This document shows positions 35,918 to 44,956 of a stretch of 64,000 bases of DNA, piece after piece. The notes under the pieces were generated by a model. The model had not been told where the DNA came from, did no database searches, and worked only from the letters and a program-made list of their open reading frames with translations. The position numbers and the translations under genes are program-made. Within the stretch, counting starts at the first letter, position 1, and each line of letters begins with the position of its first letter. Source of the stretch: an uncultured Victivallales bacterium. Its GTDB lineage: Bacteria > Verrucomicrobiota > Lentisphaeria > Victivallales > GWF2-45-14. Location: NCBI GenBank assembly GCA_964651145.1, contig CAZYVR010000001.1:6839-70838 (forward strand). Direction: 5' to 3'.

Positions 35918-36340
35918 ATGACAGGGACAAAACCGGATTATTATTACAGGCAATCAGCGGTTGTTCCTTTCCTTGAAGAAGACGGCAAAATAAAGATTAT
36001 GCTTATAACCTCAAGGAAACAAGGCCGTTGGATCATCCCCAAAGGGATAGTGGAGGAAGACATGTCTCCGGCTGATTCAGCCGCCAAGGAAGCCTGGGAG
36101 GAAGCCGGCGTAAAAGGAATTTTTTTAGAAAAGCCGCTGGGCAGCTACAAGTATGAAAAATGGGGCGGGATATGTTCGGTGGAGGTGTTTGCCATGAAAA
36201 TAGAGCGCATATTTGACTCATGGCTTGAAGATGATTTTCGGAAACGCAAATTGTTAAAATTAAAAAAAGCAAAAGAGCTTATAGACGATAAGCCTTTGAT
36301 AAAGATTTTTGAAAAATTAAATGAACTTAAGGAAAAATAA
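35918..36340 (+). CDS. NUDIX hydrolase
   Basis: Nudix box GRWIIPKGIVEEDMSPADSAAKEAWEEAGV (GX5EX7REUXEEXGU-like). Confidence 0.85.
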   Translation: MTGTKPDYYYRQSAVVPFLEEDGKIKIMLITSRKQGRWIIPKGIVEEDMSPADSAAKEAWEEAGVKGIFLEKPLGSYKYEKWGGICSVEVFAMKIERIFDSWLEDDFRKRKLLKLKKAKELIDDKPLIKIFEKLNELKEK

Positions 36341-36343
36341 AAA

Positions 36344-37126
36344 ATGAAAAGATTTGCTGTTTTATTTGCTGCCGCCTCACTGTTAATCCTGAACTCGTGC
36401 GCATTGTTTCAAAAGGAAAACGCAGTCACTCAAGTGTCAACAATCGACGCGCTTATCAACGGCGTTTATGAAGACAAAGTAACATTGGCTGATTTGAGGT
36501 CAAGTGGGGACTTTGGCATCGGCACGCTTAACTTTATTGACGGCGAATTGCTTCTGGTGGATGGAGAGTTCTACCGGGTAAAAGCGGACGGAACTGTTGA
36601 CCAGCCGTCCGATGAGGATATGACGCCTTTTGCTTCTGTTGCCTTCTTCAGAAACTACTCATTACAGAGAGTTCAGGAAGGAGTGGATTATAAAAATTTC
36701 AAAAAAGACACAGATAAAAGCATTGAGACAGAAAATATTTTCTACGCAATCAGACTGGAAGGAACTTTCACGTCGGTAAAAACCAGAAGCGTTCCCAAGC
36801 AGGAAAAGCCATTCAAGCCTCTTATAGAAGTGGTTAAAAAACAGCCGGTGTTCAAGTTTGAAAATGTAAAAGGCGTCATGGTTGGATTTCGCTGCCCGCC
36901 TTTCGTAAAAGGAATAAACGTGCCCGGTTACCATTTGCATTTTTTGACAGACGACAAAAAAGGCGGAGGACATGTCCTGGACTTCACTGTCGACAATGCC
37001 AAAGTGAAAATATGCCGCGTGTTTAATTTTAAGATGATATTGCCGGACAACAAAGCATTTTTCAAAACGGATCTGTCCATAAATCGCGAAAAAGAACTTA
37101 AAAAAGTCGAATCAGATAAGAAATAA
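36344..37126 (+). CDS. budA: alpha-acetolactate decarboxylase with lipoprotein-type signal
   Basis: VSTIDALINGVYEDKVTLADL...GDFGIGTLNFIDGELLLVDGEFYRV and HLHF metal ligands. The N-terminus MKRFAVLFAAASLLILNSC is lipobox-like. Confidence 0.8.
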   Translation: MKRFAVLFAAASLLILNSCALFQKENAVTQVSTIDALINGVYEDKVTLADLRSSGDFGIGTLNFIDGELLLVDGEFYRVKADGTVDQPSDEDMTPFASVAFFRNYSLQRVQEGVDYKNFKKDTDKSIETENIFYAIRLEGTFTSVKTRSVPKQEKPFKPLIEVVKKQPVFKFENVKGVMVGFRCPPFVKGINVPGYHLHFLTDDKKGGGHVLDFTVDNAKVKICRVFNFKMILPDNKAFFKTDLSINREKELKKVESDKK

Positions 37127-37146
37127 CCTCCAAATAAGAGGTGTAA

Positions 37147-37881
37147 ATGTTTGCTTTCTTAAATAATTTTTTGCCATTGACTATATCGCTTATTTTTCTT
37201 TTTGCCTTTTCGGGATGCGGGAAAGATGTTGCAGCAGAAAAAGACTATAAAATGCTGCGCAATCAAATGATCAATACGCAAATAAAGGCTAGAGGAATTA
37301 AGGACAAAAGGGTTCTTAAAGCTTTGCTCGAAGTGGAGCGGCATAAGTTTATGCCGCAAAAATATCGCCGTTTCGCTTATAATGACCATCCCGTTCCCAT
37401 CGGGGAAGGCCAGACTATTTCACAGCCATATATTGTGGCTCTTATGACCGAAGAGCTGCGCTTAAAGGGCAATGAAAAAGTGCTGGAAATAGGAACAGGC
37501 TCGGGTTACCAGGCCGCAGTTCTTTCAAAATTGTGCGCCAAAGTTTTCTCAATTGAAATTTTTGAAACGCTCGGGGAAAAAGCGAAAAAGCTGCTTTTGG
37601 AGCTGGGATTTGACAATGTGAAAATAAAAATAGGGGATGGGCACAAAGGCTGGAAAAAACACGCTCCTTTTGACGCAATAATAGTGACTTGCGCCCCTGC
37701 GAATATACCTGCTCCATTGATAAAACAGCTTAAAGAAGGCGGAAGAATGATTATTCCGGTAGGAATGCATGTTCAGGAGCTTATTCTTTTGACAAAGAAA
37801 AATGGCAAAATAATACAGGAAAAAATTTTGCCGGTAAGATTTGTCCCGATGCTGAAAAAAAATGGAGGCAAGGCTATTTAA
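37147..37881 (+). CDS. pcm: protein-L-isoaspartate O-methyltransferase with lipobox-like N-terminus
   Basis: QTISQPYIVALMTE, SAM motif VLEIGTGSGYQAAVLS, and DAIIVTCA. The N-terminal LIFLFAFSGC suggests export or lipidation. Confidence 0.88.
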   Translation: MFAFLNNFLPLTISLIFLFAFSGCGKDVAAEKDYKMLRNQMINTQIKARGIKDKRVLKALLEVERHKFMPQKYRRFAYNDHPVPIGEGQTISQPYIVALMTEELRLKGNEKVLEIGTGSGYQAAVLSKLCAKVFSIEIFETLGEKAKKLLLELGFDNVKIKIGDGHKGWKKHAPFDAIIVTCAPANIPAPLIKQLKEGGRMIIPVGMHVQELILLTKKNGKIIQEKILPVRFVPMLKKNGGKAI

Positions 37882-39670
37882 AACAGTACATTCGGCAAAC
37901 TAATTCGGAAAAAACTTTTTTCCCGTTGACAAGCGTTCTTCCATAATCGCGCTGGCTGTCAAGAATATAATAAAGTTCACCGTCAGTCTTGAGCAAAATT
38001 ATTTTGACGATTCCATCTTTTGGAAAAGGAATTTTTAATTTGATCGTGTTTAATCCAATAGTATTCTGAATGATCAACTTTTTTGACCCGTTAATTTCGA
38101 TTTCAGCTTTCCCACTTTTTTCCCAATAAGTTGTAAGTTCAAAATCAGCGGTCTTGTATGCCTTGAAATCAATTCCGGCAAATTCCTTTTCCAAAACTTC
38201 ATGTGGTTTAAACTTGCCGACTACCCAGCCGCCAAAAGGCCTTGGCCCATTGTCAAGAACCATTGTTTCCTTGTTTGAAATATCAACAATTATCCCGTTT
38301 GGACGCGCAATTCTCATTAAGATAGGCTCATAATTTTTGCTGTACACATCATATGCTATATAACAAATGAAGAGGCCGAAAATAAGAAATGGCAGACAAC
38401 GCTTTAAAAGCGCTCCAAAATCTTTTTTGCGAATAATCGAAAAGCACGCGGCCAAATATCCGCCGGCAAAAACACCAAGCAGCGGAACAAGCGGAGCGCG
38501 GAATCGACTGAGTATGTAAAAAGCGGCGGTGGCCATCCAGAAGGCGGCGACAAAATAATACAGCAGACAGATTTTTCGGCTCCTTAAAATTCTGGAGCCA
38601 AACATAAACATGCCTGCTATTGCAAGACTGATTATCACAGAGTTCGGAATAAACCCCAATATCGGCAACAACTTGCTTTTGGCTCCATGATGCGTCAATA
38701 CAACATTGTATCCTATTTCGCGGCTGTCCCAAAACAAAAGCATTTTTCTGAATGTTAGCTCAATATACGCAAGAGGCTCTCTTTCAAACCAGTCCCATAT
38801 TTTGCTGTATACCGATATTCCTTTTTTTGTATCGTTCATCCATGCCTGGAAAGCGGGGGGATATTCCAAAGCCCCAGGAGAAGTTTCCGGGGTGTTTCCA
38901 AGAGCCAGAACCACTTGAGCCGCAGTGGAGGGCCCTGTCAGCTTGCCCAGCTCTTTTGTGTTGTGCCAAGAAAATGGCAACTGTGGCAGAAAAATAAAAA
39001 TAAGCAGGAGCGCGGCTGGCGCGAGTTTTTTCAAAATGGATTTTTTCGGTTGAGCGTCCTTGAAAGATTTTGGCGCAAATTCAAGATACAATGCGGCAAA
39101 AAGAAGCCCAGGCACAAAGAACCAGACGTTTCCTCTTGTGAGAATAGAAAGAGCGGTGACCGTGCCCAGTAAAATCCACCATCGCAGCTTGCGGTATTTT
39201 ATGGCATTCAAGGTCAGATAAAAAACAAGCACAATCCAAAATGCCTGCAAAGTGGCTATAAGCATATAAGGTGTATATATGACAAGTACGTTGCAAAAAG
39301 CAAGAAGCAAAGCCGCTGTAATGCCCGCACGCTTTCCAAATATGCGTGCGCCAATCAAGGCTGAAATATAGACAGTCAGCGCGCCGAGCAAAGACTGAAC
39401 GGCAATGACTCCCCATATTGAACTGCCGCTGCAAAAAAAGATGACTGGAAGGAATGCCGCATAGTAAAAAGGCTGATAATAGTAAACCCCTTTATGTCCG
39501 CCATTTAAAATTTCTTTGGCTAGCTTATTGTAGGTGAACATGTCGCTTTGCGATACAGGATTTATGACATCAGAATCGTGAAAATACAAGTCCGCGCAAA
39601 CCAGAATGCGCGCGGCAAATGCAGCAAACGCCACAGATATGACAATAAAGAGAAATTTTTTTCTCATCAA
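37874..39670 (-). CDS. ArnT/PMT-like (GT-C, family 39-type) membrane glycosyltransferase
   Basis: About 12 predicted TM segments over the first ~430 aa, an early loop with acidic residues (YFHDSDVINP), and a soluble C-terminal ~150 aa. The architecture is typical of GT-C dolichyl/undecaprenyl-phosphate sugar transferases. Confidence 0.6.
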   Translation of the reverse strand: MMRKKFLFIVISVAFAAFAARILVCADLYFHDSDVINPVSQSDMFTYNKLAKEILNGGHKGVYYYQPFYYAAFLPVIFFCSGSSIWGVIAVQSLLGALTVYISALIGARIFGKRAGITAALLLAFCNVLVIYTPYMLIATLQAFWIVLVFYLTLNAIKYRKLRWWILLGTVTALSILTRGNVWFFVPGLLFAALYLEFAPKSFKDAQPKKSILKKLAPAALLLIFIFLPQLPFSWHNTKELGKLTGPSTAAQVVLALGNTPETSPGALEYPPAFQAWMNDTKKGISVYSKIWDWFEREPLAYIELTFRKMLLFWDSREIGYNVVLTHHGAKSKLLPILGFIPNSVIISLAIAGMFMFGSRILRSRKICLLYYFVAAFWMATAAFYILSRFRAPLVPLLGVFAGGYLAACFSIIRKKDFGALLKRCLPFLIFGLFICYIAYDVYSKNYEPILMRIARPNGIIVDISNKETMVLDNGPRPFGGWVVGKFKPHEVLEKEFAGIDFKAYKTADFELTTYWEKSGKAEIEINGSKKLIIQNTIGLNTIKLKIPFPKDGIVKIILLKTDGELYYILDSQRDYGRTLVNGKKVFSELVCRMYCFK

Positions 39671-39725
39671 CGGCCTTTGTTGTGCGGCTTTCCTGAAAAA
39701 GCTGCAAACACGGAGCTTTCCGTGA

Positions 39726-40292
39726 TCATACGGTCATCAATTCTTTATCTTTTGCCTCAAGGTCTTTGTCTATATTTTTGATGTATTCATCAGTCTGCTT
39801 CTGAATATCATCAAGGATTACCTTAAGGTCGTCTTCTGTTATCTCGCTGCTCTTTTGAGATTTTTTGGCAATGTCGTTGCCTTCGCGGCGAATATTGCGA
39901 ATAGCTACCTTTGCCTCTTCGGCTCTGATTTTGACCTGCTTGGCAAACTGAGTGCGGCGCTCTTCGCTGAGCTCAGGGATAGGGAGACGCAATACGCGTC
40001 CGTCGCTGACTGGAGATATTCCGAGGTTCGACGTCAGCAAAGCTTTTTCAATAACAGACACCGACGAGGGGTCCCAGGGCTGAACAACCAAGAGGCGCGG
40101 CTCGGGTGTGGTTATTCCGGCGAGCTCTTTCAATTTAGTAGGCGTGCCGTAGTAGTCGATGGTCATGTTTTCGACAAGCGCGGGCGAAGCTTTGCCCGTG
40201 CGAACAGCGGCAAAATCGTGTTGCATGGCCTCTTCGGCTTTCATCATCATTTCTTCGAGATAATCCATCAATTCTTCAATGGCAACACTCAT
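39726..40292 (-). CDS. frr: ribosome recycling factor
   Basis: The ATG at 40292 gives MSVAIEELMDYLEEMMMKAEEAMQHDFAAVRTGKASPALVENMTIDYYGTPTKLKELA...IRNIRREGND. Classic Frr sequence and length (188 aa). Confidence 0.92.
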   Translation of the reverse strand: MSVAIEELMDYLEEMMMKAEEAMQHDFAAVRTGKASPALVENMTIDYYGTPTKLKELAGITTPEPRLLVVQPWDPSSVSVIEKALLTSNLGISPVSDGRVLRLPIPELSEERRTQFAKQVKIRAEEAKVAIRNIRREGNDIAKKSQKSSEITEDDLKVILDDIQKQTDEYIKNIDKDLEAKDKELMTV

Positions 40293-40408
40293 TTTAAATT
40301 TCTCCCAAATAGATTTATTAGTATATAATCCAAGGTTAAAATTATCACGCAATATGCATATTCGCAAGCCATGTAGAACGTTTTTCACAAAAGCTCATCA
40401 GGGAAAAG

Positions 40409-40470
40409 GAATGGTCGGAACCGCCAAAAGTCCTTAAAAATAAAAGAAACCGGCAAAGCCACTTTTAAAC
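40409..40470 (+). repeat. MITE-like repeat, short form (copy E)
   Basis: gaatggtcggaaccgccaaaagtccttaaaaataaaagaaaccggcaaagccacttttaaac. The left arm of A/D is joined directly to the alternative arm seen in copy C, and the hairpin core is absent. Confidence 0.7.
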
Positions 40471-40493
40471 TCACTTCGTGGGGGCGCCGACGT

Positions 40494-41708
40494 TTAAAGA
40501 GTCAAATCGGGATTTTTTGGGCCAAAATGTTTAAGCATAACAATGGGGTCGGCTTGTGATGAATTGCTTATGATTATGCCTTCCCGAGCCGCTTTTTCCG
40601 TTACAAAAAACTCATCGTTTGTCAGTTGTCCGAAACGGATAAGAGCTGGTGTTTCAATGTTCAAGCCATTCATCTTTCCATGTCCTTGCATCATAATCAT
40701 GCCGTATGCGGCATTGTCTTTTATCGTTATCGTCTGCCCCGGGAGAACCGTCAACTCTTTTGCGCTGAAGTCTGTGGATTTATAACATATCCATTTTTCA
40801 ATGTATCCTTCCGCGCGCATTTCGTTTTCGTTTTTGACTGGAATCGGGCGCATAAACCGGTTTTTTCCGAATTCCGGGTCTGTGTTTTTCTCCCAGTCTA
40901 TGACTTCGACAAGCCAGTCAAAATCGCCGATGCGCTCCTTGGGCGAGTCTTTCCAGAGAAGCTCTTCGGGCACTATCTGATTGTCCACAAGAGACTCATA
41001 CATTGCAAAAACGTCCGAAGCCTTTTGCGGCTCGTAAGTGCACAAGCTCCCGGGCGCGTGGAGGATTCCAGGCGGCACATCCCATCCCGTTCCAGGATCA
41101 AGGCTGTAAGCCTTTGAAAGGCTGGTTATCTTATTGTCGCCCTTTGTGAAGTTCACAAGACATTCCCTCACTTGCTCCTTGCTCACTCCGGGCTCAAAGC
41201 CAAAAAATGTAAAGCCGAAATGTCCTGGATGATTATTCAATTGCGGCGGAAAGTAATAGGCTTCCGGCTTGCCTTTCTGATTCACAAGGCGCGCGTGTTC
41301 CTCTCTGTGATGGATATGAAATGGCAGAGGGCCGAGATTGTCGAAAAACTTTGAATACATAGGCCAGCATTTGTGTTTGCTCCATATTCGCTCGCCCACG
41401 ATGTCTGCTTTAAGCTCTTCAATCGCGTCCCTCAAAAGGAATTGTTCGCTTTTTCCGCCGTCCTCAAAAACAATATTGCTCAGGCCTTCGTTGCGTCCGG
41501 TCAAAGGGCCGTTGTCCGCTGGCGTGGTCGATGCCAGCCAGCGTTCGTCAATGCCCCCTCTTTGGCCGCCGAGCGCGTAATAATCGTCCGGGTGCAGTTT
41601 GATTCTTCTGCCGGGGATGCAGAATGAGCGCGGCACCCAGTTCGGGGCAAGCCTTAATACTCCATTGCCTTGCTCCAAAGCTTTTTCAGTCAAATTTTTA
41701 ATGGACAT
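40494..41708 (-). CDS. cupin-fold sugar (phospho)isomerase-like protein
   Basis: LGPLPFHIHHREEHARLVNQKGKPEAYYF (metal-binding His cluster plus Glu in a cupin-like context). It sits next to a glycoside-hydrolase-like gene and an AraC regulator. The family assignment is tentative. Confidence 0.35.
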   Translation of the reverse strand: MSIKNLTEKALEQGNGVLRLAPNWVPRSFCIPGRRIKLHPDDYYALGGQRGGIDERWLASTTPADNGPLTGRNEGLSNIVFEDGGKSEQFLLRDAIEELKADIVGERIWSKHKCWPMYSKFFDNLGPLPFHIHHREEHARLVNQKGKPEAYYFPPQLNNHPGHFGFTFFGFEPGVSKEQVRECLVNFTKGDNKITSLSKAYSLDPGTGWDVPPGILHAPGSLCTYEPQKASDVFAMYESLVDNQIVPEELLWKDSPKERIGDFDWLVEVIDWEKNTDPEFGKNRFMRPIPVKNENEMRAEGYIEKWICYKSTDFSAKELTVLPGQTITIKDNAAYGMIMMQGHGKMNGLNIETPALIRFGQLTNDEFFVTEKAAREGIIISNSSQADPIVMLKHFGPKNPDLTL

Positions 41709-41719
41709 TTTTCCCTCCG

Positions 41720-43783
41720 CTATTTAAGAGTTATTTCAAACATTTCAATGGTTTCAAGCCTGGCAAGTTTGAGCGTTATTTGCCCGTTATCCTCTGAATA
41801 ATCCGCGCTTTGGAAATTGGACACAGTTCTAATTGAGCGCGGCCTTTCGTTCCCTGGGAGTCGCAATGTTATTTGCAAGTCGTAGACGGACAGATTGGGA
41901 AGCTCTTTTTGATAGTTGACCAGGCACAGAATAAAGGCGTTTTCGGTCGAGCTTTTAAGAATTGTGATCTCAACGCAGAAAGGCGCGTTGGACGATTCTA
42001 TAATTCCGGCAGGGATATATTTTCTAAAAAGCGACTTTATGAATTCCCGCTGTGAATCTTGCTCGGACTCCATTACGGAGGAATACAAATAAACAGCCTT
42101 TCCATCTCCATGCAAATGTTCCGCCAGCCCGCAGAATTCAGTCAATTTCCCTGGAGGGTTCGAGTGTATTGACGCGTATGTTTCTTGATCGTCGCATTCA
42201 AAGAGCGGCTCCGCAACTTGCGCCAAAACCTTTGTGCTTGTCGCTTTTGTCCTGGGGGCTTTTCTTGAGCACGACACAAATTGCTGATTGTCATAGTCAA
42301 GCGCCAGATAACTTACGCGTTCCGTCATCTCCCCGGTATATGACACTCCAAAGACATCAGCAAGCGCAAAATCCCCGGAGCTGGCCCCTTCCTGATCATA
42401 ATATGAAGTCATTCCGGTTGCGATCAGCGTCCCGCCGTTTTTGACGAAAGCGCGCAATTTTTCAGTTTCTAGCTTCGAAAGAAAGGCGGCGTCATTTATT
42501 ACAATTGTTTTCAGGCCTTCAAAGTTGCTTGTGGTTTCTGTTATTACTTTGTAGGGGATGTTTGACTGTCCTAAAATTGTAGCCGCGCCCATTGTCTCTT
42601 GCAGCATTGGCACATTTCTTACAGAGTCCATGTTAAAGTCCTTTTGAACAAACTCCTCCAGTTTTGTGCCGTTGCCGTCGCTGTTCACACGCGAAGGCAT
42701 TGAAAAGTACAAGCCGGTTTCCGCGCACAAATCAGGCCTGTGCTTTTGGACGCAATCCTTAAAAGGCTTCAAAATGGCAGACACAGCCCCAAGCCGTTCG
42801 TAGGTGTCAGGGCACAGCGTGCCGTCTGGGTTGATGGCGTCTATGAAAAAGTAAGCGCCTCCATTGGCGAGAGTGGTCGCGGCGTTGCAAAGAAGCTCAT
42901 CTTTGGATTTTGTTGATGTGTGGTCCCTTAGATTGACACATCTTGAAGTCATGAATTCATAGGGCTTATTTTTTGACAAGGCGGCAAAAGCTTTTGCTCC
43001 AAAGCGCTGTTGTTTTATTTCCCCATAAAAGTCGCCGGACGCATAATCTGACGCTTCGGCTATCCCAGAGCTTTGCCCCAAAAGCCAGCCATGGAGCATT
43101 GGGGAAAACTGATGAACTACAGTCACTTCCGGCTTTATTTCTTTTATGGACGCTGTCAGCTCCGCCGCAAATTCAGCCATCCATCTTTCACGGGCGCGCT
43201 GAAAAATGACCCACTCGGGATTCCCCCAGTCTATTGTGTCGGGCATTTCTTTTCCGAATTCACTTTGATATTTTTCAAGACATGAATCGCAGCGGCAAAC
43301 CATTGGCCAGAACGTCATGTCTATAAATATGCCGCGCACGTTGTATGCGATTATTTCCGCTGACTGCTTTTTGCAGAACTCCACGTACTCTTTGTTGTTG
43401 ACGCAGGAAAACCAGTAGCGCTTGTGATGATCTTTGCCGGAAATGTCTTTCATTCTCCAGGACGGATGTTTTTTGGCGGAGTCATTGTGAAAAATGACAG
43501 TGGTGTAAGCCACTGGCGCAATGTTTTCTTTGTCGAGGAGCTCAACGGTCTCTCCAAAAATGTCTCTTCCGTCAAGATTTTTGTGCATGTGCCCGACCTT
43601 TGTCGGATAATAGCAATTGCCGTTGTGGCAACACGCGTAAACCATCGCCGAATCAACGCCTGATTTTTTTGCCATAGCCACATATTTGCGCGGATCAAAT
43701 TTTTTCATAAATGAAGGATCGTCTTCGCTTATATGATTGTCTATCAAAAGTCTCGCGTAGCATTTCTCAGTCCAGCAACTCAC
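41720..43783 (-). CDS. putative glycoside hydrolase (GHL6-like N-terminal TIM barrel plus GH42-type trimerisation/GATase-like domain)
   Basis: N-terminus RLLIDNHISEDDPSFMKKFDPRKYVAMAKKSGVDSAMVYACCHNGNCYYPTKVGHMHKNL resembles 'hypothetical glycosyl hydrolase 6'. The middle segment LKTIVINDAAFLSKLETEKLRAFVKNGGTLIATG resembles the beta-galactosidase trimerisation domain. Confidence 0.45.
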   Translation of the reverse strand: MSCWTEKCYARLLIDNHISEDDPSFMKKFDPRKYVAMAKKSGVDSAMVYACCHNGNCYYPTKVGHMHKNLDGRDIFGETVELLDKENIAPVAYTTVIFHNDSAKKHPSWRMKDISGKDHHKRYWFSCVNNKEYVEFCKKQSAEIIAYNVRGIFIDMTFWPMVCRCDSCLEKYQSEFGKEMPDTIDWGNPEWVIFQRARERWMAEFAAELTASIKEIKPEVTVVHQFSPMLHGWLLGQSSGIAEASDYASGDFYGEIKQQRFGAKAFAALSKNKPYEFMTSRCVNLRDHTSTKSKDELLCNAATTLANGGAYFFIDAINPDGTLCPDTYERLGAVSAILKPFKDCVQKHRPDLCAETGLYFSMPSRVNSDGNGTKLEEFVQKDFNMDSVRNVPMLQETMGAATILGQSNIPYKVITETTSNFEGLKTIVINDAAFLSKLETEKLRAFVKNGGTLIATGMTSYYDQEGASSGDFALADVFGVSYTGEMTERVSYLALDYDNQQFVSCSRKAPRTKATSTKVLAQVAEPLFECDDQETYASIHSNPPGKLTEFCGLAEHLHGDGKAVYLYSSVMESEQDSQREFIKSLFRKYIPAGIIESSNAPFCVEITILKSSTENAFILCLVNYQKELPNLSVYDLQITLRLPGNERPRSIRTVSNFQSADYSEDNGQITLKLARLETIEMFEITLK

Positions 43784-43826
43784 TTTGCATTCTCCTATTA
43801 TGATATCTTAAATTTATCTATAATCT

Positions 43827-43855
43827 ATATTAAATTATATTTAAGCTTGAGTCAA
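43827..43855 (-). promoter_or_regulatory. candidate sigma70 promoter for the 41720-43783 gene
   Basis: On the minus strand: TTGACT (43855-43850), a 17-nt spacer, then TAATAT (43832-43827). It lies about 45 nt upstream of the start. Confidence 0.35.
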
Positions 43856-43916
43856 CACTGATTTTATGCTATTGTTTGCACATAAATGATATTAAGGAAT
43901 CAATAAATATTTGTCA

Positions 43917-44783
43917 ATGGATGAGTGGCTCAATATAATTTCGCCGTGCATAAGGCTTATTGGCGACGCAGAAACACGGCCCGGATGGGTCGAAGCTATG
44001 CGCGTCATTTATGATCACGAGCTTGTTTTTTTTGAAAAAAGCTCGTATGCGCTCGACATAGAAGGCGAAAAAATTGACTGTCCGCCTAATTCATTTATTA
44101 TTGTTCCGCCTGGGAAAAGGCATATTTCCAGAGACGCATCATACAAGCGCGGACACAGGCGCTGGATTCACTTTGATTGGAACTACCATGAGAGCAAAGC
44201 GGAATATCCAGTGATGACATATTGTCCAGCTCGCCCCCAGGAAGCTCTTTTCAGAAAAGCCCCGCCTCATGTGCCTGAAAAAATAATTAGAGGGCCAATA
44301 AAGTCCCCTCGGGCAATAGAACTGTTTGAGAGGATATCCAATCGTTGGCGCTATGGCAATCTCCACAGCAGGTGCGCCTGCCGCGGTTTATTGCTAGAGT
44401 TGTTGCTGGAACTGCTTTGTTCCGGATACAATCAATTTGAGGAGCAGTCGGAAGGGAATCGTCTTGGCGGAAGGATTAGATACTTGTTGAATAAGCTTGC
44501 GGAAGAGCCGCTTTGCAAAATGGGCTCCATTTCGGACGCGCTTGAAAAACAGGGAATGAGCTATGCTCATCAATGCCGTGTCTTTAAGCAATGTTATGGA
44601 ATTTCTCCTTTAAGCTATGTGAATGCCCTGCGAGCGGAGCGCGCGAAAAATCTTTTGCGGGACACTCATTTCGATATTTCAGAAATTGCGGAGAGGCTGG
44701 GATACAACAACCTGGGGTATTTTTCCAGATTTTTCAAAAAGAATGTTGGCGTCAGCCCCAGCTATTTCAGATTGAATCCTTGA
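43917..44783 (+). CDS. AraC family transcriptional regulator
   Basis: C-terminal double HTH CRVFKQCYGISPLSYVNALRAERAKNLLRDTHFDISEIAERLGYNNLGYFSRFFKKNVGVSPSYFR. N-terminal cupin-like domain. Confidence 0.88.
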   Translation: MDEWLNIISPCIRLIGDAETRPGWVEAMRVIYDHELVFFEKSSYALDIEGEKIDCPPNSFIIVPPGKRHISRDASYKRGHRRWIHFDWNYHESKAEYPVMTYCPARPQEALFRKAPPHVPEKIIRGPIKSPRAIELFERISNRWRYGNLHSRCACRGLLLELLLELLCSGYNQFEEQSEGNRLGGRIRYLLNKLAEEPLCKMGSISDALEKQGMSYAHQCRVFKQCYGISPLSYVNALRAERAKNLLRDTHFDISEIAERLGYNNLGYFSRFFKKNVGVSPSYFRLNP

Positions 44784-44870
44784 ATTTATAATAATAATAA
44801 ATCAATTGCGGCCGAATCCCATACAACACACACTGACTTTTTATACAATCTTAAAAAAACTCAATAAATA

Positions 44871-44899
44871 TTGACGCAATTAAAATTATATGCTATACT
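44871..44899 (+). promoter_or_regulatory. candidate sigma70 promoter for the histidine kinase/response regulator operon
   Basis: TTGACG (44871-44876), a 17-nt spacer, then TATACT (44894-44899). It lies 58 nt upstream of ATG 44957. Confidence 0.45.
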
Positions 44900-44956
44900 T
44901 ACCAAGTTAGACAAGCTAAGTTGACTAAGGGGGCTATTTAAAATTGGGGTAGTGAG

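Noticed and set aside
44797-44815. taaatcaattgcggcc after the AraC stop, resembling taaatcattgcggcc after the response-regulator stop (48910-48925)
   Set aside because: The similarity is only about 16 nt with an indel and is near chance expectation for this window size. No structure or extension supports a shared element.
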